64,000 nucleotides of DNA from a virus, in the IMG/VR virus record IMGVR_UViG_3300032805_000004, positions 14,256-78,255 of that record; one strand, written 5' to 3'. Made by a program: the position numbers and the translations under genes. The notes below the pieces were generated by a model. That model searched no databases. It saw nothing but the letters and a program-made list of their open reading frames with translations, and was not told the DNA's origin. How positions within the stretch are numbered: position 1 is the first letter of the stretch; every line of letters begins with the position of its first letter. Below, one piece after another: positions 16,864 through 26,387 of the stretch.

Positions 16864-18594
16864 TTAGCCGCAGACCACGACGGCGGTCCACACCCCGGCG
16901 TAGCCGCTGACAGTTGCAGACGACGAATAGTTCACCGTCAGCGACACGTAGTCGACGGATTCGGTCGCCCCGGCAGATGCGGTGCCCTGATGCCCGAAGA
17001 TCCGCACCCGCAAGGTGGCGAGCTGGCTGTAGCTGACCCCGGTAAACGTGGCGGTTGACACGTTCGAGCTGGAAGTAGACGCCGTCCCGGTCTGGGTGGT
17101 GCCGATCTGCGCCGTGCCGGCGTCCCACAGCTGGAAGGTGCACGCCCCCATCGCCGACGTGGACTGGAACTCGCCGATGCTGACAGTGACCGAGTTGATG
17201 ATCGAGGTGGAGTCGATCCCAGCGAAGCTGCCGAACCCGGATACCTCAAGGGCCGGGGAGGTTTCCGGGACGGTGGACTGCAAAACCAGCAGCCAGTCCG
17301 CGGCGCCTGCCGAGTTGGTGCCGGAATGGTTGTAGGTGGAGGCTTTGGTGGCTGTTGTCACTGCGCCGTTGACCGGATCGATCCACTTTGCGACGTAAGG
17401 TTTGGCCATCTGGGTGTCGCTGACCGTGATCGTCGCGTTTGACGGGATGTAGATCACGGCGAGGGTGCCGTCGGCGGTGATGCCTGCCGTGACGTAGGTG
17501 TTTCCGCCGGTGTACTGGGTTCCGGCGCCGCCGGAGGCGATCATCGCTTTGTGGGTGCCCCGCCCGGCGGTCACCAGCGTGCTGCCGGTGTCTGGTACCA
17601 GCAGATGCCAGCCGGGCAGGCTGGCGAATGTGTTCCAGATGGTGTTCAGGTCGGAGTTGTCGAACGTGTTGTTCGTCAGGTTGGTGAGGGCGCTGGTGTC
17701 CCAGCCGTAGATGGCTTCGCGGCCGTAGAGGAAACCGCGTGATCCGGAGCTGAGAGACCACCACAGCAGGTTACGGCAGAACGAGCGATAGGTATTATCG
17801 CCAGCGTTGCCCTGATCATAGTAGCCGTCGGAGTGCAGCACCGTCAGCGGTGACGCCTCACCGTAGGCGTATTCGATGACGTTATAACCGGTGTTGTATG
17901 AGTAGCAGGTGTTGTACTGCGCGTAGGTGGTGCCCCATGCCATCACGTTGTTGTTGTAAATGTCGAAACGGCTGGTTGACTCGTCGTAGTTTTCGATTGA
18001 CACCATGTGCGTGTCACCGCTGCTACGGATACCTGTCAGCAACGCGGTCAGCCGCGAGTCGTAGGTGCCGAAGTAGTCTTCGCCGACGATCCAGATGACA
18101 TTCGGGTATGTTTTGTACCGGTTCCCGAGCGCGGTGCCGTAATTCTGGAACTGGGTGGTTGTCTTGTTGTACAGCGCCCCGCCGGAATTATCAATGGCGG
18201 TGGTAGTGGCGACGTTCATGAACACGGTCATGTTCTGGTTCTGCGCCGACGTCAGCAAGTAGTCGACCCGGGCCCAGTAGCCAGAAGTCAAAGATCCCGG
18301 GTTGCCGCTGGCAAACGGCAGGATCCCGTCCCACGTTTCGCCGTTGTCGCTGACAGCGCCATGCACACTGGTCGGCGGCACTGCGATCTCGGTGGCGTTG
18401 AAACCCTGCGACGCCCGCGTCGACATGTAGTTGTCAATATCATTCTGCCAGGTGACCGCGCCGCCTGCCGCGCCCGCATTCACCGGCAGCGCCCACACCG
18501 TATCGGCCCGGACCATGATTGGGTTGCTGGAGCCGTCGGTGAAGTACTGGCCGGTGCCCGATCCAGCGGTTCCGGTGATGAACGGCCCGCTCAC
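16864..18594 (-). CDS. DUF4038/GH140-like protein, copy 2, with extra C-terminal beta domain
   Basis: Closely paralogous to 15472..16860; 69-nt identical block at 15754-15822 and 17551-17619. Confidence 0.7.
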   Translation of the reverse strand: MSGPFITGTAGSGTGQYFTDGSSNPIMVRADTVWALPVNAGAAGGAVTWQNDIDNYMSTRASQGFNATEIAVPPTSVHGAVSDNGETWDGILPFASGNPGSLTSGYWARVDYLLTSAQNQNMTVFMNVATTTAIDNSGGALYNKTTTQFQNYGTALGNRYKTYPNVIWIVGEDYFGTYDSRLTALLTGIRSSGDTHMVSIENYDESTSRFDIYNNNVMAWGTTYAQYNTCYSYNTGYNVIEYAYGEASPLTVLHSDGYYDQGNAGDNTYRSFCRNLLWWSLSSGSRGFLYGREAIYGWDTSALTNLTNNTFDNSDLNTIWNTFASLPGWHLLVPDTGSTLVTAGRGTHKAMIASGGAGTQYTGGNTYVTAGITADGTLAVIYIPSNATITVSDTQMAKPYVAKWIDPVNGAVTTATKASTYNHSGTNSAGAADWLLVLQSTVPETSPALEVSGFGSFAGIDSTSIINSVTVSIGEFQSTSAMGACTFQLWDAGTAQIGTTQTGTASTSSSNVSTATFTGVSYSQLATLRVRIFGHQGTASAGATESVDYVSLTVNYSSSATVSGYAGVWTAVVVCG

Positions 18595-19394
18595 ACCACA
18601 GTCCAGACCGCGTAGGAGCCGTCACCGGGACCGTCCGCGTTCGTAGGGTTCGTCCAGGTGCCGGAGCCACCCGCCAGGCCGGTGGCTGACCCGCCATAGT
18701 TGGGGCCAGCGTTCTGGGGCCCGGTGGAACCGCCCCATTTCATCTGCTCAACCCAGGTCAGGGAACCGTTGTCGTCGGTCACCTGCACACTGACGTTGGA
18801 GCCGGCGGTGGCGACCTGGGCGATCAGCAGCGCCCCCATCGGCGGCTGGAAACGGGCAGTGGATACCGTCGTCGCCGCAGCGGTAGAAACCGGCGACGGG
18901 CTAGACGCATCCTCGGCGAGCGTGCCGGTGGCGCGGATCTCCACGGCCGTGATCCCACCACCCGACGTGCCGTCCCCGTTGGTAGCGCCAACAGTGATCG
19001 GGGTGCTGGCGGTCGTCGTACCGGTCGAGCGGAATGTGCCGTAGGCGGCGCTGTTGGTGGAGTCCGCGACGTTCTGGGTGAACGTGGACCCGGTCATCGC
19101 TGTCCAGGCGGTGGCCGTGTCGGTGCGGTTCGCCGCCCCGTACACCCATGATCCGGTGCCGTCCGGGGTGACCGTTACCTCAGCGGGTGCATAGGCGCTG
19201 TTGCTTCCGGCCGCTCCGGGCAGCAGGGCGTACTGGTAACTGCTGGGGCCTATGTCGATGATGGCCGCGCCGGTGACTACCTTGACGGTGAGCACCATCC
19301 CGTTGTGCGTACCGGAACCGGTCTGGGTGGCGGTGACCACCGGGGCGACAGCGTTGCACTGCCGCCACGGCATGATATGGATCCCGCCGATCAC
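18591..19394 (-). CDS. Putative virion structural protein
   Basis: Paralogous to the N-terminus of 14036..15457. Confidence 0.6.
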   Translation of the reverse strand: MIGGIHIMPWRQCNAVAPVVTATQTGSGTHNGMVLTVKVVTGAAIIDIGPSSYQYALLPGAAGSNSAYAPAEVTVTPDGTGSWVYGAANRTDTATAWTAMTGSTFTQNVADSTNSAAYGTFRSTGTTTASTPITVGATNGDGTSGGGITAVEIRATGTLAEDASSPSPVSTAAATTVSTARFQPPMGALLIAQVATAGSNVSVQVTDDNGSLTWVEQMKWGGSTGPQNAGPNYGGSATGLAGGSGTWTNPTNADGPGDGSYAVWTVV

Positions 19395-19404
19395 GGCAGC
19401 CTCC

Positions 19405-20016
19405 TTATCCGACGGCCACGTCGATCCAGAAGTTCCCTGACGAGCTACCCGTCGACGGGTAGTTCACGGTCGGATCCGAACCGGCGGTGCCGAATGAGCC
19501 CTGCGCGCCGCCGAACGGGTCCGGGGTGGTGCCGCTGGAATCGGAGTAGGCGAACAGCGGCCCGCTGGTGATCCCCGCATAGTACGGTTCAGGGAACCCG
19601 CCGAACTGGTTCCCGGTGAACGGGAAATAGTTGCTGAACCCGGTGACCGCCTTGTACTCGGTGCCCGAGGTCAGCGGGACCGGCGTCAGATACGGCACAT
19701 AGTTCCATTGCCCGATGCTCAATACCCCAGACGAAACTGCCGAGCCGGCGACGAAACTGCCAGCGGAGACACTGGTGACTGTCCACAGGCCGAAGTTCTG
19801 CGCCGCGACGGACTGGTTCGCATCAGCGACCCACCAGTTGAATCCCCGCAGCGACAGCCCGCTAGAAGTGACTTTGAACGCGACACCGACCGTGATCGCC
19901 CCGAAGTAGGAGGTGGACGCCGCCGGGCCGCTCACGGACGAGAAAAGAGAAAAGGTAGGTATCGGCGCCGGTGGCTGCACGTGGGCGACATACACCGGGT
20001 TCATGGCAGTTCTCAT
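19405..20016 (-). CDS. DUF4082-like domain protein
   Basis: TVGVAFKV..LRGFNWW..QWNYV..TPVPLTSGTEY..YPS....NFWIDV pattern. Confidence 0.65.
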   Translation of the reverse strand: MRTAMNPVYVAHVQPPAPIPTFSLFSSVSGPAASTSYFGAITVGVAFKVTSSGLSLRGFNWWVADANQSVAAQNFGLWTVTSVSAGSFVAGSAVSSGVLSIGQWNYVPYLTPVPLTSGTEYKAVTGFSNYFPFTGNQFGGFPEPYYAGITSGPLFAYSDSSGTTPDPFGGAQGSFGTAGSDPTVNYPSTGSSSGNFWIDVAVG

Positions 20017-20026
20017 CGCATCCGCC

Positions 20027-21622
20027 TCAACGCCGCCCGGCCCGGTTCGGCACCGTAACCGGCGGCTGAGCAGGACCCGGCCAGCCGCCCCTAGCGGGCG
20101 GCGGCGGGCTGGAGTTCAGAATGCTCCCCGCGTCCTGGCTGGACGGCGGCGCCTGCCACATCGGCCACGGCAGCGGGGCGCTGCCGAGCTCGTGTGACAT
20201 GTACAGCCACGGCCCGTTGTAGACGTTGCCGGAGAACACGTTGTTCTGGTTGTAGGTGATGTTGTTCTCGACGAACTGGCCTGTGTACGGCGGGTAGGTA
20301 CCCGATTCGGAGAACACCCCGTTGAAGCCGCAGAAACCGGGTGTCGGGTTGCAGCCTGATCCGATCACCGACGGGGTGAAGTTGAATACGTTGCCGGAGA
20401 CGGTCACGTTCTGCGTCTTCCACCGGCAGTCGTCGATGTAGGGCGTCATGGCCAGATCGGTCGCGTTCGCACAGGTGGTGAGGGTGGCCACGGTGGGGTT
20501 GACCAGGGTGCAGTAGCCGGTGGAGGTGTTCGCCGAACTTGAGCAGTACCGGTTAGCGTTCTCCCACAAGACAACACCGCCCCAGTTGTCAGTGAACGAA
20601 TTGTTCGTGACATCCATCGCTGTATAGCCGAACGCGTTCGGTGCCCGGCTGTCGAACCCCGACTCGGAAATATAGACCGCAGAGCTGGGGAAACCGGTTC
20701 CGGCGTTACCGCTGCCCCAGGCGTTGTCCACAAACGTGTTGTCGTTGATCAGCGCGTTGTAGCTGATCTCATAAATGATCCCCGGCCCCCAGTTGCCGCT
20801 GATGTAGTTGTTCTCGAAGTCGAATCCGGAGTTGTCGGTGTCCGCCCACAGCCCGGTCGACAGGTTGTCATGCACGTAGTTGCTGGTGACAGTCACGTCG
20901 TAGGCGTCCCAGAACTTCCCGCCGCCGGTGCAGCCGCAGCCCGGCTGGACGGTTTCCCAGTCGTAGGTATCGTTGTGGTCGATCTCGTTGTGGTCGATCG
21001 TCACCCCGGACGGCCCGGCCGCCGAATACACCTGAAACCCGTACTGCTGGTTGTCTTTCAGGCAGTTATAGCTGGCGCTGTCGCCGGAGCCGAGGAACAG
21101 CCCGGCGCCGGCGTTGTCCCGGATCGTGTTGTACTCGAACACCCATCCGACGCCGGAGTCATGGTTGACGACACCTTCGTTCTGGTCACTGCCCCATGTG
21201 CCGAAATTCTGGATCGTCAGGTAGGTGATCGTCACATCCGTGGAGCCGCCGACGAACGCGTACAGGTTGGTCTGCTTACCGTCGATGACAGCACCGGGCG
21301 CGCCCGTGAACGTTGATCCTGAGCCTGGGTTGATCTGCGAGAACGCGCCTGTGCCGAGGGTGTGGGTGCCCGGCGCGAACCAGTAGGTGGTCGATGCCAA
21401 GCTGAAGTTGACACCGGAGTCATCCCCGGCTGGGACGGTCACCGCACCACCCGGCGGGGTGACGGGGCCGCCGCCGAGGATTGCCGGGTTCCCGCAGATC
21501 ACCGGGGACCGCGACGACGGCGCCGGCATGTGCGCCTGCGTATGCACGAACAGCAGGATCAGCGCGACCGAGGTAGCGACCGCGGCCAGGTCCCGCATCA
21601 GCCCCAGGCCGTACCGCCGCAC
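20027..21622 (-). CDS. Right-handed beta-helix (pectin-lyase-like fold) protein with N-terminal hydrophobic segment; start uncertain (21622 or 21598)
   Basis: Asn-ladder repeats (NTIRDN, NEIDHN, NYVHDN, GLWADTDN, GIIYEIS). Confidence 0.75.
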   Translation of the reverse strand: MRRYGLGLMRDLAAVATSVALILLFVHTQAHMPAPSSRSPVICGNPAILGGGPVTPPGGAVTVPAGDDSGVNFSLASTTYWFAPGTHTLGTGAFSQINPGSGSTFTGAPGAVIDGKQTNLYAFVGGSTDVTITYLTIQNFGTWGSDQNEGVVNHDSGVGWVFEYNTIRDNAGAGLFLGSGDSASYNCLKDNQQYGFQVYSAAGPSGVTIDHNEIDHNDTYDWETVQPGCGCTGGGKFWDAYDVTVTSNYVHDNLSTGLWADTDNSGFDFENNYISGNWGPGIIYEISYNALINDNTFVDNAWGSGNAGTGFPSSAVYISESGFDSRAPNAFGYTAMDVTNNSFTDNWGGVVLWENANRYCSSSANTSTGYCTLVNPTVATLTTCANATDLAMTPYIDDCRWKTQNVTVSGNVFNFTPSVIGSGCNPTPGFCGFNGVFSESGTYPPYTGQFVENNITYNQNNVFSGNVYNGPWLYMSHELGSAPLPWPMWQAPPSSQDAGSILNSSPPPPARGGWPGPAQPPVTVPNRAGRR

Positions 21623-21642
21623 TAGCCACGTAACGATGAGCG

Positions 21643-22143
21643 CTACTCGCTGAACACGCATTCGATGCTGAACTCGGTGGATGTCCCAGCGGCCGAGCAG
21701 GTCAGGAAGATCGCCGCATATGCTGCCGCGCCGGAGCTGCTGGTCGGGCCGATGCGCCATTCACTTCCGGGGGTGACCCATTCGGCCCAGTTCGCCCCTG
21801 CGGTGAACGGCAGCACCTGCCCCCACAGGATGGTTCCGAATGTGGGGGCCAGCGACCAGGACGCGATCGTCCACGCCGTGTTCGCGGCGATGTCGGCCGG
21901 GTTATGCGGCCGCGGTATCACCCCGGTCCCGCCGGTTGGGCTGTTTCCGGCGCGGGCGAGGTAGCACTGCACGGTCCCGTTCGGTGGGTAGGAGACGCCA
22001 GAGCCGGAGAAGGTGCCGATGCGGATGGCCTGAATGTCGCAGATGGCGGTGGTGGTGGTGGTGACCAGCAACATCGGGGTCTGCGCGGTGGAGGCGAGAG
22101 TGATCTGCCCTGAGTCGACTGTGTAGGTTCTGCCAAGCGGCAA
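21643..22143 (-). CDS. Hypothetical structural protein, paralog of 28066..28554
   Basis: LWGQVLPFTAGANWAEW vs LWEQELPQTTGSSWEEF. Confidence 0.6.
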   Translation of the reverse strand: MPLGRTYTVDSGQITLASTAQTPMLLVTTTTTAICDIQAIRIGTFSGSGVSYPPNGTVQCYLARAGNSPTGGTGVIPRPHNPADIAANTAWTIASWSLAPTFGTILWGQVLPFTAGANWAEWVTPGSEWRIGPTSSSGAAAYAAIFLTCSAAGTSTEFSIECVFSE

Positions 22144-22158
22144 CGGACTGCCTCCTTG

Positions 22159-22860
22159 CTAAGTCCCGGATGCGACCTTGCGCAGTGCCCGGACGGTGGC
22201 CACGTCGGCTTCCATCCGTTCGGCCCGCCACGTCTCGTACGCCTGCTTGTCAGCTGGCACGCCTTCGAACGCCTCCCAGTAGGTGGCATCGAACTGGCTG
22301 CGGCCTGCGGCGGGATGGTTGTGCCGCACTGTCACGTCCGGCAGGTAGGCGAGGCAGTCGGCTTCGCGGCCGATGACGGTGATGACCTCGTCGACCCACC
22401 AGTGCTTCAGAGTCGGTTCGCACATCCAGCCGAGCGCGCGGACGATGTCGGCGGACATGACCCAGGCTTCGCCGACGTCGTCGCGGATCCCGTCGTCGGG
22501 GTAGGCGATGCCGGTGCCGCCCATGCCGGCGATCGCATCTAGCAGCGACTTGTCCCAGCCGTGGGTCTGCGGCACGTGGTCATCACCGAACGACGCGAGG
22601 GCCCGGTAGTCGACGGCGAAAGTAGCGGCGAGCTCATTCGTCCACGCGCCGAGCCCTTTACGGGGGGCGGTGACGACGATGACTGGTACCTGCGCGGAAT
22701 GCGCGGCGCTGATCGACTTCTGGAGGTCGGGGTCGTCGTTGTCGAAACCGAACACGATGTCGGTCTGGGCGGTAGATGTCGCGGCGACGGCGCGGACGAA
22801 GCGGGCCACGTTGCCGGGCCTGCCCCGTGAAGGGACGATCACGAGGAGGTCACGTGGCAT
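22159..22860 (-). CDS. GT2-like glycosyltransferase (start ATG 22860)
   Basis: LLVIVPSRGRP, FDNDD, FGDDH (DxD-like), HWWVD, VRHNH. Confidence 0.8.
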   Translation of the reverse strand: MPRDLLVIVPSRGRPGNVARFVRAVAATSTAQTDIVFGFDNDDPDLQKSISAAHSAQVPVIVVTAPRKGLGAWTNELAATFAVDYRALASFGDDHVPQTHGWDKSLLDAIAGMGGTGIAYPDDGIRDDVGEAWVMSADIVRALGWMCEPTLKHWWVDEVITVIGREADCLAYLPDVTVRHNHPAAGRSQFDATYWEAFEGVPADKQAYETWRAERMEADVATVRALRKVASGT

Positions 22861-22873
22861 TAGCCTTCTTCCT

Positions 22874-23641
22874 GTGAAAGTTGCGATCATCGGATACCGG
22901 GGCGTCGTCGGCAGCGCCCAGATGCGCCTGTGGGCCGGGCATGACATCGTCGGCTACGACACTGCGGACGGTGGCCCGTACCCGGCTGAGATCGCGAGCT
23001 GTGATTTCGCTGTGGTGTGCGTGCCGACCCCGACCGTGCCCGGCGGCGGCGCCGACCTGAACTACCTTCACCAGGCGCTCGGGCAGCTACCGGATGGAGT
23101 ACCGGTGCTGATCCGCTCGACTATGCCGCCCGGCACAGTGGACTCCATCGGCGTCACATGGCCGGACAAACTGGTCGCCCACGCCCCCGAATTCATCTGC
23201 GAACGTGCTGGTGCGCGGATACGCGAATCCGCTGATGTGCCATGGATGCTCCTCGGTGGCACCCCGGCGGCCCGTGAGTTTTTCCGCCCACGGCTCGCTG
23301 AGGTGTACCCCGATGACCGCATCCACGAGTGGCCCGCTATCGTCGCCGAGCTCGCCAAGTACACGGCCAACCTGCACTGGGCAGCCAAGGTCACATTCGT
23401 CAACGAAATGGCGCAAATCTGCGAGGCGACCGGCGCCCAGTGGGAGCAGGTGCGTGAGGCGTGGCTAGCCGACCCGCGGGTCGCGCGGGACTACACGGCG
23501 ATGGACGGGTTCCCGCCTGGGTTCGGTGGCCCCTGCTTGCCGAAAGACCTCGCCGCCCTGATCGCGGAAAGCCTTGACGCAGGCTACGAACCGGAGTTCC
23601 TCATCGCCATCGAAGATGCCAATGCCAGGTTCCGCGGGTGA
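22874..23641 (+). CDS. UDP-glucose/GDP-mannose 6-dehydrogenase-like protein lacking the C-terminal domain
   Basis: IIGYRGVVG, VCVPTP, RSTMPPG, HAPEF, AELAKY..N, GFGGPCLPKD. Confidence 0.85.
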   Translation: MKVAIIGYRGVVGSAQMRLWAGHDIVGYDTADGGPYPAEIASCDFAVVCVPTPTVPGGGADLNYLHQALGQLPDGVPVLIRSTMPPGTVDSIGVTWPDKLVAHAPEFICERAGARIRESADVPWMLLGGTPAAREFFRPRLAEVYPDDRIHEWPAIVAELAKYTANLHWAAKVTFVNEMAQICEATGAQWEQVREAWLADPRVARDYTAMDGFPPGFGGPCLPKDLAALIAESLDAGYEPEFLIAIEDANARFRG

Positions 23642-24660
23642 GGGTCCTGCTCACCGGCGCGGCCGGGTTCATCGGCGGCTACGTCGTCCGCGAGCTCCTC
23701 GGCCGCGGCTACGACGTCACCGGGCTGGACAACTTTTCCAAATACGGTCGCCTGACCCGCGACTACTTCGCCGATCCCCGCTATCGGCACGTCGCCGGGG
23801 ACGCCCGCGACGTTGGCCTGATGCGGCGTCTCGCTCTCGACGCCGACTATCTCATCGCTGCGGCGTCGATGATCGGCGGGATCAGTTTCTTCCATGCCTA
23901 CCCGTATGATCTGCTCGCCACTAACGAGCGGATCATCGCCTCCACCTGCGACGCCGCGATCACTGCGCATCAGGCCGGGCGGCTGCGCAAGGTCACCTAC
24001 GTGTCCTCGTCGATGGTGTACGAGTCGGCGACCTCGTGGCCGACCGCCGAGGGCCAGGAACTACTCATGCCGCCGCCAATGTCCAGCTACGGGTTCCAGA
24101 AGCTCTGCGGCGAATACTTTGTCGATGCGGCCTGCGACCAGTACGACCTGCCGTACACGATCGTCCGCCCGTTCAACGCTGTCGGGATCGGTGAACAGCG
24201 CGCCATCGGCGAGCGCGAGGTGAAGTCCGGGAACCTGCGGCTGGCCATGTCCCACGTCGTCCCGGACCTGGTGCAGAAGGTTCTGCGGGGGCAGGACCCT
24301 TTGCACATTCTGGGTGATGGAACGCAGGTGCGGCATTACACCTACGGCGGTGACCTGGCCCGCGGGATTGTGACGGCGATGGAGCACCCCAGCGCCGAAG
24401 GTGAAGACTTCAACCTTTCCACCGCAACATCCACGACGGTGGTGGAGCTGGCGGAAATGATCTGGCGGAAGATCAGAGGCCCGCGGGTGCCATTCCGTTA
24501 CGTCCACGATCCGCCGTTTGAGCATGATGTCCAGTGCCGTATCCCCGCCACCAGGAAAGCGTGGGAGGTGCTCGGCTTCGAGGCCGCTACGCCGCTGGAT
24601 GTGATGCTGGACGAGGTGATCCCGTGGGTGGCTCAGGCCATCGAAGACGGCTCAATCTGA
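23638..24660 (+). CDS. NAD-dependent epimerase/dehydratase
   Basis: TGAAGFIG, SSSMVY, YGFQK, RPFN, GDGTQVR. Confidence 0.9.
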   Translation: MRVLLTGAAGFIGGYVVRELLGRGYDVTGLDNFSKYGRLTRDYFADPRYRHVAGDARDVGLMRRLALDADYLIAAASMIGGISFFHAYPYDLLATNERIIASTCDAAITAHQAGRLRKVTYVSSSMVYESATSWPTAEGQELLMPPPMSSYGFQKLCGEYFVDAACDQYDLPYTIVRPFNAVGIGEQRAIGEREVKSGNLRLAMSHVVPDLVQKVLRGQDPLHILGDGTQVRHYTYGGDLARGIVTAMEHPSAEGEDFNLSTATSTTVVELAEMIWRKIRGPRVPFRYVHDPPFEHDVQCRIPATRKAWEVLGFEAATPLDVMLDEVIPWVAQAIEDGSI

Positions 24661-26369
24661 ACCTGATCCACGGGCGGGATGCAGATACGGCCTAGCCCGT
24701 ACCGGCCGAAACCAATCTCCTCCCACGCCAGGCCGTTCTCGGCGCAGTAGGTGTCCAGAGCCTTGGCGACGGTGTCACCGGGCCAGTTCAGCGTGTCATG
24801 GCACAGCACCACCCCACCGGGCAGCACCGACGGCACAAACTTCCGCAGCTCCGCGAGAGTGTGCTCGTACTCATGCGAGGTGTCGATGAACAGCACGTCA
24901 CACGGCCCCGGCTTGATGTCTTCGGACATGTCGTCAGCAACGTACAGATCCCACCGGCCAGACCTGGCCCAGTAGTCCGGCACCTTCGGCTGCTCCAGGT
25001 CAACCGACCACACATGCCCGTCTACCTCTTCGGCTGCGGCGAGAAACGCCACCGTTGAGGCACCCTGCCGCACCCCAAGCTCAGTGACCTGAACTTGCGG
25101 GTAGCGGGCCGCGGTTTCGCGGAGGACCGGCATGTAATGCTGCATGTCGGATGGCTGCGCCCAGCATTTCAGGTAGTCGGCTTGCAGATCCGTCCCCGGC
25201 TGCGGGGCCGCGGCGGCGCGGCCGGTGACCATCTCCTCGAGCTTGGCGAGCACCGGCACCCAATACTGCTCGAACACCGCGTCCACGTCGTATTGCAACG
25301 CGAACTCGCGGGCCTCTTTCCGCCGTGCCTCGTTACCGGGCCATTCGGCGTACGCCTCCTCGTAGGCGTCGAGGATACCTTTGACCGAGGGGCGGACCCA
25401 CCACGCCTCATGTCCCGTCGACCAGTGCGGCTCACCTGCGACTTTCCACCCAGAACCGCACAACTCGGTCATGGCGGACCCGTCGGTCACCACCACCGGG
25501 ACACCGCACGCCTGCGCCTCCAGCGACGGCAACCCGAACCCCTCGGCGAGGGAACACCCCGAGTACAGGTCAAGACACTGGAACCACTCGGCCATCGTCT
25601 CGTCCCCGATGAGGCCGCAGGTGTAGGCGTGCTGGTCTGGGAACATCACATGGTCGGCGACGCCGAGGCTGGTGGCGATCGCTTTGAGGTTCAGGCCGCC
25701 GATCGGCTTCGCGTCGATCACCGAATGGACGACGAGCATGGAGTTCGGGTGACGGCGGTGGAACTTCGCGAACGCGGTCATCTGCTCCGGGAGTGCTTTG
25801 CGGTTCCCGGAGTCCTTGTTGATCGCGCAGATGCCGATCAGGAACGTGTTCGCCCCGATCCCCATGTCTTCCCGCAGCTGGTCACGGTCCGCGGCGGGCC
25901 GGAACAGGGCGGTGTCGATGCCGTGGGGGACGTAGAACGGGTCCCAGCCGGCTTCGCGGAGTTTTGTCTCACCGAATCGGCTGAACGCGATCGGTGTCCC
26001 CCCGGACTGTTCCAGTTTCAGTTTGTCGAGCGCGCCGAGGGGGTTGCAGTCGATCGGCATCCAGTGGGCGACGTTGAGGCTCTTCAGTTTTTTGGCGTCC
26101 ATGGCGAATACGTCGCACAGGGTGATGAGGAGGTCGGCTCCGGCGTAGCGGTAGTGGGCGTCGATGACGTCACTGCCGAAGGCGTCGAGGCCGCCGGGGA
26201 GGACGGTGTGGCCTTCCCAGGCGAAGGCGTTGCCGAAGAAGCTGTAGGGGGAGGAGACGGTGACGTCGTGGCCTGCGGCGGCGAGCCGCCGCACCAGCAA
26301 GCCAGTCTGAATACCGTACCCGGTCTTAAGGAATGGCGCATTAGAATTAACGACTATTTTCACAAGCAC
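24633..26369 (-). CDS. GT4 glycosyltransferase fused to class I SAM methyltransferase
   Basis: TGYG, VPHGID, EGFGLPSLEAQACGVPVV; C-terminal ELGVRQGAST, LFIDTSH, PGGVVLCHD. Confidence 0.85.
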   Translation of the reverse strand: MLVKIVVNSNAPFLKTGYGIQTGLLVRRLAAAGHDVTVSSPYSFFGNAFAWEGHTVLPGGLDAFGSDVIDAHYRYAGADLLITLCDVFAMDAKKLKSLNVAHWMPIDCNPLGALDKLKLEQSGGTPIAFSRFGETKLREAGWDPFYVPHGIDTALFRPAADRDQLREDMGIGANTFLIGICAINKDSGNRKALPEQMTAFAKFHRRHPNSMLVVHSVIDAKPIGGLNLKAIATSLGVADHVMFPDQHAYTCGLIGDETMAEWFQCLDLYSGCSLAEGFGLPSLEAQACGVPVVVTDGSAMTELCGSGWKVAGEPHWSTGHEAWWVRPSVKGILDAYEEAYAEWPGNEARRKEAREFALQYDVDAVFEQYWVPVLAKLEEMVTGRAAAAPQPGTDLQADYLKCWAQPSDMQHYMPVLRETAARYPQVQVTELGVRQGASTVAFLAAAEEVDGHVWSVDLEQPKVPDYWARSGRWDLYVADDMSEDIKPGPCDVLFIDTSHEYEHTLAELRKFVPSVLPGGVVLCHDTLNWPGDTVAKALDTYCAENGLAWEEIGFGRYGLGRICIPPVDQVQIEPSSMA

Positions 26370-26387
26370 CCTGCTTTTGTGTAGGCT

